Origin: Candidatus Cloacimonadota bacterium
Lineage (GTDB): Bacteria > Muiribacteriota > UBA6191
NCBI GenBank assembly: GCA_023954715.1
Contig: JAGSHD010000009.1
Location: 56,272 to 120,271 of the forward strand
DNA: 64,000 bases
Reading direction: 5' to 3'
A program made the translations under genes and the position numbers. Positions within the stretch are counted from its first letter, which is position 1. Each line of letters begins with the position of its first letter. Positions 56,551-64,000 of the stretch are shown one piece after another. The notes beneath the pieces were generated by a model. It saw only the letters and a list, made by a program, of their open reading frames with translations, did no database searches and was not told the DNA's origin.

Positions 56551-59184
56551 ATGTCATTCACCAAAAAATTAGCCCACATAACTATCTTTTTTTACTTGTT
56601 TCAAATCATTGCTCCGGTTTTTGTTTATGCTAGTGATGGTAAGACAGAGTCTTCAGCAAATAGTAGTAAAAAATCTACTAAAGATTGGTTTAGTCTTGAT
56701 AAAACAAAAGAGATAATGGCAGGAGCTTTTCAGAGCTCTCAGACTAAAGACGCAGACTCACAAGATGGATCATGGCTAACTAATGTTCCTAGCCGAATAT
56801 TCAGAAATGCCAAAAATCAAGCAGTAGACTATACTCCAGACCAAGTTCAAGAAATCATCGACCAATCAACAACTAAAACCTTTGTGGGTAACCCTACTCT
56901 CCGAGAAGAAAACTCGACTATATTAAGACCTATTAAACAAATAACTCTTAAAGTTTTAGATGGTGAAATTGGAATTGTACAATCTTTTTTATCGTATCAA
57001 GCATCCAATTTTTTAAAAGAAGCAGTAACTGGTAAAACAGATGTAAAATCAGATGGTAGTAAAGCTAAACTAGCAATGATTAAAGCAAAAGAAGTTATAG
57101 GAGCTATGACTGCAAAGCAGCTTAAAAAAGTAAATAAAACATTTGTTGGCTTAAATATACCTAAAAACATGAGCAAGTTCTTAAAGAGTTCACCTGCTGG
57201 ATTAAATAAGTTTATGGCCTCTGAGGCAAATTTTGCTTTGATGGCAGTGATTGGTAGCTTCATTTCTATGGGTATTTATGATGGTTTAGATGTACGTACA
57301 ATGAAAGATAAGATCTTAGCTTTAGATCCGATTCAATCTAACTACACAGTAAGTCATTCATTCACGTCGACTCTCGTAGGCGGAAGCATCAACCGACATT
57401 TTTACTCATTTTTCAATAACAGATTTGATGTATTTTATGACAGTATGATGTCATCAAAGCCATATTTAAAAACTCTTAAAGAGAGCAATAGTAGTGTATT
57501 TAAGCATTTAATCTCAAAAGTAAAATCAAGTATTGCTGGTAGTATCCAAGTTTTAGATGGTAAATCTCAAGTATTGGGTAAAAAAATATCAAAAGCATCT
57601 CGAATGGGAGTCGTCACTAAAAAAGGTGGAGAGTCACTCGCTGCTAAATTAGGTTTAGTTGGTGTTGGGTCTGGTGTTGAGTTTTCTTTGAAAGGTTTAC
57701 TAAAAAGTGTAAGTACAGGACTTGCTTATGGAGTTGCTGCAAACCTAGTAATTGATACTGCAATTGTAGGAATAAAAGGTAGACCCGATACATTAGTAGT
57801 TGGTGGAAACAGAAACAAAAAAACAATGTATGCTGATTACAACTCGAATCGATTTCAAAAATCTCAGAGCAAAATTAAAAACTGGTTCAAAGAAAGAAAG
57901 TTTGCTCTATTGGACTTATATGATCAATACAGAAAAACACCTATAACAAAAGTAGTTAGCTCAGTAACTGGTTTAACTGGGGCCTATTTAGGATCGGTTG
58001 TAGCTGGAGCAATTTTAGTGGGTGGAGGAATCCCAGCTATGGTTGGTGGAGTCATGATTGCTAGTCTTTTTGGCGGTATTGGTAGCTTTTTAGGACGATG
58101 GGGATCATTAAAATTCGAACGTGGAAAAACAATGAAGAATGTTCGAAGAAAGTTTGTTGAGCGACGAATTAGAAAAGCAATAAAAAAAATGGACATCTTT
58201 GTTAACGGTGAAATCACTGAAACAAGAGTAGATGAACTTGCAAAGCATCGATCAGAAGATATGTACAAACTAGAAGCCAACGGTAAAGTATATAACAATA
58301 TGTTTTTTGTAAAAGATATTGGAGATATTAAAGTTTACAAGGGTGGAGAGTTCAATCAACTAGAAATGACGCAAGAGTTAGGAGAAGCCTTCGATATAGA
58401 AGCACATATCCGATATAACTTTGTTGACATTGAAGGAAACGAAGGGCGCTACGATATTGTAGATAATAAAGTTTATGAAGTAGGAAACATCCAAGAGAAC
58501 AACGGATTTGATATTTTCTTTATTGAAGATGATGAGAAGGTTCGAGTAACTGGAGATGGAAAACTTTTAAACGAAGGAAACTTTCGAGTATTATCCAATG
58601 GCATTGTGATGACTTTAGCAGACTTTGATAAAGAAAAATGGGTTGTTAAAGGTATTAATGCCAATACTGATATGTTTTTAAGACATGCTCAACAAAGATT
58701 TACTTGGGACTGGGACTTAAATGTTTATTTAAGTACAGGAAAAATAGGATCAGTATTAGCTTCGTTAAAGCCATATTTGGCATTATTAAATTCAAAAGAT
58801 ACTAAGGTAGAAGATGTAAGTCAGCTTCTAAGATCCACACTAGAAGAAAACCAAAAGAAATCTCTTAACAATTTAGAAAAAGTATCTCAAGATAACGAAG
58901 AAGATTTTTTTCAAAGATTAGAAGATAGTGGTGTAGAAAAATCTCAAATAGAGAAGTTCTCCACAATGGATGTATCTGAATGGAAAAATATCTTATCAGG
59001 AAAGATTAAAAGAGGAGCGAAGAGCCACTCTGAAGCTCTGATCAATAAACTATCAAAACTATCCAAAGTAAGTCTTTTGGAGCAAATAAACTTAGAGTTA
59101 GAAGACGAATCAAATGATACAATCTGGGATCAAGTGATTTTAATGTCTAGTCAAGATAGTTTTATCGCTTCTTATGCTAGATAA
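56551..59184 (+). CDS. Large (877 aa) membrane protein with glycine-zipper TM segments, function unknown
   Basis: Signal/anchor N-terminus and several TM segments, including GAILVGGGIPAMVGGVMIASLFGGIGSFLG. The C-terminal region of about 350 aa is soluble. No family recognised. Confidence 0.7.
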   Translation: MSFTKKLAHITIFFYLFQIIAPVFVYASDGKTESSANSSKKSTKDWFSLDKTKEIMAGAFQSSQTKDADSQDGSWLTNVPSRIFRNAKNQAVDYTPDQVQEIIDQSTTKTFVGNPTLREENSTILRPIKQITLKVLDGEIGIVQSFLSYQASNFLKEAVTGKTDVKSDGSKAKLAMIKAKEVIGAMTAKQLKKVNKTFVGLNIPKNMSKFLKSSPAGLNKFMASEANFALMAVIGSFISMGIYDGLDVRTMKDKILALDPIQSNYTVSHSFTSTLVGGSINRHFYSFFNNRFDVFYDSMMSSKPYLKTLKESNSSVFKHLISKVKSSIAGSIQVLDGKSQVLGKKISKASRMGVVTKKGGESLAAKLGLVGVGSGVEFSLKGLLKSVSTGLAYGVAANLVIDTAIVGIKGRPDTLVVGGNRNKKTMYADYNSNRFQKSQSKIKNWFKERKFALLDLYDQYRKTPITKVVSSVTGLTGAYLGSVVAGAILVGGGIPAMVGGVMIASLFGGIGSFLGRWGSLKFERGKTMKNVRRKFVERRIRKAIKKMDIFVNGEITETRVDELAKHRSEDMYKLEANGKVYNNMFFVKDIGDIKVYKGGEFNQLEMTQELGEAFDIEAHIRYNFVDIEGNEGRYDIVDNKVYEVGNIQENNGFDIFFIEDDEKVRVTGDGKLLNEGNFRVLSNGIVMTLADFDKEKWVVKGINANTDMFLRHAQQRFTWDWDLNVYLSTGKIGSVLASLKPYLALLNSKDTKVEDVSQLLRSTLEENQKKSLNNLEKVSQDNEEDFFQRLEDSGVEKSQIEKFSTMDVSEWKNILSGKIKRGAKSHSEALINKLSKLSKVSLLEQINLELEDESNDTIWDQVILMSSQDSFIASYAR

Positions 59185-59192
59185 TCCCAAAA

Positions 59193-60089
59193 ATGTATAC
59201 TCACTGGATTGATGAATTATACTCTATAATTAATAGAGGCATAGTAACTCTTCAACCCTATGGCGGCTCTTCTGGCGCAGGTAAGATTTTTACTGGCTCA
59301 TATGATTGGCACTCTTGCGTACATGCTCATTGGGCTAGTATTTCAATAGATGTCTTCAAAGATAGACCGAAACAATTATTAAGTCGTTTATGTTTTCAAA
59401 ATGTATCGGATGAGTATGAGTATCTTACACAAGATCTATCTTTTGAAAACCCTTATGGTAGATCTTGGTTTTTATTATTGTTAAGCGAATTAAACGATAA
59501 TCGATTTCTTACTTTGAAAGATAATCTTTGTCGTAACCTGACTTTAAGACTTGAAAACTCTAATTTTCCTGAAGGTGAAACAATCATAGGGACGCATCAT
59601 TCGTGGATGTTTAGTTACTTTTTATTAAGATTATCCCATATAATAGATGACTCTAACTCCAAAATACTTGATCAACAATTCTTAGATAAGCTACAACCCC
59701 TAGATCAAACCTTAGAAAGTTATGATCATAATGTTGGTGGAATAACCTGGGACTTTATTGATAGATCCTGTTTATATGCAACGATTAGACTCCTAGAGGG
59801 CAAGGAGCTGAGTGATATACACTTGCAAAATCTCTATAGAATCAAAGACGAGTTTCTAGGGTCAAACTATGATAACCTTGGTAAAAAAGAAGCCCATGTT
59901 CCAGGAAGATTAGCTATGATATCTTGGCCTTTTGCCTTGTTTGATGAGCATTCACATCATGAGATATTGTCAAAAATTCAGGAGCACAAGTATTTTTATG
60001 CTGGGGACTTTCATTGTTTTTCTCATTGGATTCCACAATTTATTTGGATGTCTATTTATCTAAAGAACATTCGCGTTTTTAGTAGGTAA
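59193..60089 (+). CDS. Hypothetical protein (DUF2891-like)
   Basis: YDWHSCVHAHW resembles the conserved DWHSSVH.HW block of DUF2891. It starts 8 nt after the preceding gene. Confidence 0.5.
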   Translation: MYTHWIDELYSIINRGIVTLQPYGGSSGAGKIFTGSYDWHSCVHAHWASISIDVFKDRPKQLLSRLCFQNVSDEYEYLTQDLSFENPYGRSWFLLLLSELNDNRFLTLKDNLCRNLTLRLENSNFPEGETIIGTHHSWMFSYFLLRLSHIIDDSNSKILDQQFLDKLQPLDQTLESYDHNVGGITWDFIDRSCLYATIRLLEGKELSDIHLQNLYRIKDEFLGSNYDNLGKKEAHVPGRLAMISWPFALFDEHSHHEILSKIQEHKYFYAGDFHCFSHWIPQFIWMSIYLKNIRVFSR

Positions 60090-60422
60090 TTCAAAGCAAA
60101 GCTTACATGCTTTACATCGTATGGGGCTATGAAACAGTGGTGTGATAGATTTTAAGTCAATCAATGCTGTGCAACGCATACATCTTAGTTGTCTTGGGGT
60201 AACCTTTTTTTGACAATGTATGCAAGCAAATGTGTTTCCTATGATAAATCTCTTACTTATTGGAGTTTTTTTACCACAGCTATGTTTAATAAAATAATAA
60301 CTTTCTTCACTGAAGTCATCTTCAATAGTTGACTCATTTTTGATTGATTTTGATTTTTTATAGTAAAGTAGTCCTGATGGAATCAAAACAACTAAAGAAA
60401 TGGCTATGAACAGCTCAAACAT
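60060..60422 (-). CDS. Membrane-anchored double zinc-ribbon protein
   Basis: N-terminal TM segment, then CGKK...C..C and C..C...C..C cysteine pairs. Confidence 0.5.
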   Translation of the reverse strand: MFELFIAISLVVLIPSGLLYYKKSKSIKNESTIEDDFSEESYYFIKHSCGKKTPISKRFIIGNTFACIHCQKKVTPRQLRCMRCTALIDLKSITPLFHSPIRCKACKLCFELPTKNANVL

Positions 60423-60797
60423 AAAAATCCTTGTTGTTAATAATGTTTAATTATACATGTAGATGCTTATCTATCATAGTCTGAGGATTTATCAAATCCA
60501 ATATAGAATAAGACTCTTGATATACGTAAGTTTTTCAAAACTATTTGTTTAAAATAAATACTAAAAGTACATAATGGGGAAGTGTTAATACACTAAGCAT
60601 TGGTATGATAATAAATAATCTCTACAAAAGTCTAAAACACTACAAAAGATGGTGTTGGACGTGATAAAATGTATAGGTTGTTTTGTATGATGTATTTATA
60701 TTTACTTAAAACTGTTTGACCTGACTTTAGGTATTTTGCATTTGAATTCAATGACTTTAAAAATCAAAACATCATTATAAACTTGGGGTAGTAAAAT

Positions 60798-63700
60798 TTT
60801 GGGGCGACTATATTTAATTATTTTTTGTATCAGTTGTTTCTCCCTACAGGGTTTGTTTGCTAACTCTCCCCTTGAGGCAAACAAAGAGTGGCGATTTATT
60901 TCTTTAGCCGCATCGAGTATCACTAGCTTCTATAATGTAAACCCTCATGTTGATGTTTTGATAAGCTATGACAATTCACAATATAAAATAGCAGCACGTA
61001 CAAACTCAATAGCGTACACAAATTATACTACTTTAGATCAGATCAAAGAGGGTAATGGTTATTGGGTTAAGCTAACACGAAATACTTTATTAAATTCTCA
61101 TAGCACAAGCCCTATTAACAAAACGTCTTATCTTCCATCGTGGCATATGATTGCGGGTAGCGATCAGACGGTAGACAGCTTTTTGTCTCAACATGGTGAA
61201 GTAAGCCAAATATTTAGTTTTCAAAATGATCGTTGGTTAGGGGTTCAACGGAATCAAAATCAACAATTTGTTAAAAAAGAGTTTACAAGTCTTCAGAGCT
61301 CTCAATCTTATTGGATAAAAAGTGACTTCTCATTTCATATAAGTAAACAATCTTCTTTCTCTATTCCACGAAAAAGTCATACAAGTTTATTGGTCAAGAC
61401 AGCTGTGTTTAATATTGGAGGAGAAAACTCTAACATCCCCACAAGTTCGGTAGAAAGATACTCGTTTCATACAAGAAAGTGGGGCGATTTTTCAAACTTG
61501 AACCAAGCGAGGTTTAATCATAGCTCGGTTGCCTATCAAGATACTTTGTATGTATATGGAGGCACTTCAACAAATGGAGTAGAGTTATCTTCCTTAGAGT
61601 CTTTTGATTTAAATACCTCTACTTCATGGTCGAATATCTCAAACACTACAGACACTAGATCTGGTCATAGTTCTTTGATTAGTAGTGATAAGCTTTATGT
61701 TATAGGCGGCTTTCTATCCAATCAAAGTACTAATGCTTTGACCAATCAAATAAATAGCTATCACTTAATAAATAATCAATGGACTAAAGAGTCAGTTGGG
61801 GGAAGTCCAAGGATACATCACGATTCAATATTGATCGATGGAAAAATCTACATCATTGGAGGAACTACAAAGCAATTTGATGTTTACGACACAGTATCTA
61901 AAAGTTGGTCACAAGGGACTGAGCTATCCACTTTTCGAATTCATCATAAATTATATCATCATAAAAACTATATTTATGTTGTAGGAGGAGAAAACGAAAA
62001 TGCAGATCTTGTTTCGCAAATATGGCGCTACTCCATAGTCGATAAAATTTGGGATTATAGTTTTAAAGATATATCTAAACTATCTAAAGCATCTTTAATT
62101 TTTGAGAAGGGTAAACTTTATTTACTAGGGGGAGAAAGGTCGGATCGAGTTGCTTTATCGGATTTTCAGGTTGTTAGTATTGATTCTACAGATTATTCTA
62201 GTTCTAACCAACAAGTATTGATAGAAAATGTTCAAAACTCTTATAATACGGGATTGTTGACTATGATTTTTGATTCGAGTGATCTAGAGAATGACTTATT
62301 TTATACAAGCTCTCTATCGTATCAAATTAATAGTAGTAGCACTTTAGGGTTTTCAGCTACAAGCTTTGTAACGCCAAACTTAGATGTGTTAGGCTTACGA
62401 AATCAACAAACAATCGTTTGGGATACTAAAAAAGAGATAAATGCTGACACGGAACAAGTTTGGTTAAAACTAGAGTCTTTAGATCAACAAGGTGCAGCTC
62501 CTAACATTTATGTCACAGGACCAATAGCGATTTATAATGGTTGGCCAAAACTAGAGTCAATACAAACACAAAATATATCATCAAACATTGATATAAGTTA
62601 TGAGATTTCTGATGTAGATAATGATTTGTTAGATATTAGATTTGAATATTCTATCGATGACGGATTTTCATGGATATCGAGTAATAATATTGTAGGAGTT
62701 ACTAATAGTTTGAGCATTGGTACTAGTCATTTTCTTACTTGGATAAGTTATCAGGATATTCAAGGTGATTATGAGTTCGTAAAAATTAGATTGTCCGTTT
62801 CGGATGGTAAAACTAAATTTATCAATAAATTATCCTCCAACAGGTTTTCAGTTTTCAATGGAATTAACGATGTACCTAGTGTACAGCAAATTAATTTGTT
62901 AGGAGTTCAAGACACAAATACATTATTAATTAGACCAAAACGTAATCAAAATAGTAATATCATTGGGTCTTACTATAGTTTAGATGAAGGCTCTACTTGG
63001 TTAGAAAGTTCTTATACTCATCCTAGTATTGTTACTACTCAAACATTTAACTATTTATCTATCCAAGCTTTGTTTAAGGATATAGACAAACATCAAATCA
63101 ATGTAGACTTTAAATTTAAAGGTGGGTCTGTATCAAATTATATACCGTTGACAGGTATTTTAAGTCCTACCAATGGGCTTGAGTCAGAAGTAGTTAATAC
63201 TTTCATTTGGTTGAGTTCTGTGGACACAAGTGAAAATATGACAGACTTGCAAATTTCTGTAAGAGCTGATGATTTGCATTTTGGTTCAAGCGTCTATACA
63301 AACTCAGAACAATTTAAAATCTATAATGCAAATGTAAAGCCAATCTTAATAGTGAAGGATACACAAGTAGTTTCAAATTCCTCTGTTGCCTCTTTAACTG
63401 AAAAAAATGGGATTACAAGCTTTGTTATTAGTATCAATGATTCAGACTCTACTACTTTTGATTTAGATTTTGAGTATTCTTTTGATAAGCTACACTATTA
63501 TCCAGTAAATGATGAATATGTATCGGGCCCTAGTGGTAAGTTAAGTCCAAATTCAAATGAGATCATTCATTGGCTTTCTTCACTCAATGTTAAAATTCCC
63601 CAAGATACAATTTATCTCAAATTTAGAGTTTTTGATCAAAGACAGTATAGTAATATCGTAAGGCTAAGTTTAAATTTAACAAGAGAACGGTTTGAACTAA

Positions 63701-63974
63701 ATAAAAAGATTAGTGATAAATTACATTCTCGTGCGTTTCACTCTTCATTTGAAAAAGATAATCTTTGGTATTTGATTGGAGGCAGAGATGCTTCAGGTAA
63801 TACAACTTCGATTCAAAAAATAGGGTTTCCTGATTTAGATGTGAGCCAAGAAGATTTTATCTATGAAAACTCTAATTTTTCTTCATCTATTGTTGGGGAT
63901 AAAGCTTTTATATATGGTGGGGTATCTATCTCAACATCTACTTTAAATACTGCCTTCAATGTATTAGATTTTAA
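60798..63974 (+). CDS. Giant secreted Kelch-propeller plus Asp-box-repeat protein (not in the supplied ORF track; possibly frame-disrupted near its 3' end)
   Basis: I checked the frame codon by codon from 60720 to the TAA at 63972. The first start is TTG 60798, giving signal peptide (M)GRLYLIIFCISCFSLQGLFA. Kelch blades are LYVYGG, LYVIGG, IYIIGG, IYVVGG and LYLLGG. Four modules of about 100 to 150 aa follow, carrying YSIDDGFSW, YSLDEGSTW or YSFDKLHYY. A second Kelch series then begins (LWYLIGG, AFIYGG). Confidence 0.8.
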
Positions 63975-64000
63975 CGCTCCTCCATTAAATGTAGAAACCT

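Noticed and set aside
60702-60923. 73-aa minus-strand ORF, the last entry in the ORF track.
   Set aside because: It overlaps the signal-peptide region of the 1058-codon plus-strand ORF and the spacer upstream of it. It has no motif and a poor start context, so it is likely spurious.
1-64000. I searched by eye for CRISPR arrays, tRNA/rRNA/tmRNA genes, transposases, integrases, reverse transcriptases and prophage genes.
   Set aside because: There are no regularly spaced direct repeats, no tRNA-like T-arm (GGTTCGAAT-type) motifs in the spacers, and no ORF with transposase, integrase or RT signatures. The only mobile-element-like trace is the ORF-less element at 40840-41207.

Overview
The window is AT-rich bacterial chromosome from a Gram-negative-type organism, judging by a TolC-family protein, prepilin-type proteins and a type A RNase P RNA. 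It is densely coding and mostly housekeeping. Recognisable genes are uvrB (5' truncated) and uvrC, topA, deoA/pdp-like phosphorylase, hutH, rnpB, a PIN-PhoH ATPase, sdaA, ileS, asd, an M29 aminopeptidase, icd, cyclophilin and an Nfu-type Fe-S protein. Between these sit many signalling genes (two hybrid histidine kinases, a CheY, two stand-alone cNMP-binding proteins, two large sensor PP2C phosphatases, and a K+ channel fused to a receiver) and many secreted or membrane hypotheticals. I saw no rRNA, tRNA, CRISPR array, transposase or integrase. The least ordinary items are listed here in rough order of interest. (1) A G+C-rich, ORF-less structured element of about 370 nt at 40840-41207 whose motifs are collinear with the 5' and 3' ends of a group IIA intron. 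It sits beside a small islet with an XRE/DUF2975 pair and a membrane protein plus DEDDh exonuclease. (2) A 2TM K+ channel-RCK-receiver fusion whose 3' end overlaps two tandem PP2C sensor phosphatases. (3) A 1058-codon TTG-initiated Kelch plus Asp-box repeat ORF (60798-63974) that is missing from the supplied ORF track and seems to be cut by a 1-nt frame disruption just before the window end. (4) A histidine ammonia-lyase with Ala-Cys-Gly in place of the canonical Ala-Ser-Gly MIO triad. I cannot point to a clear multi-gene novel system. All function calls rest on motifs read by eye from the translations, not on database searches.
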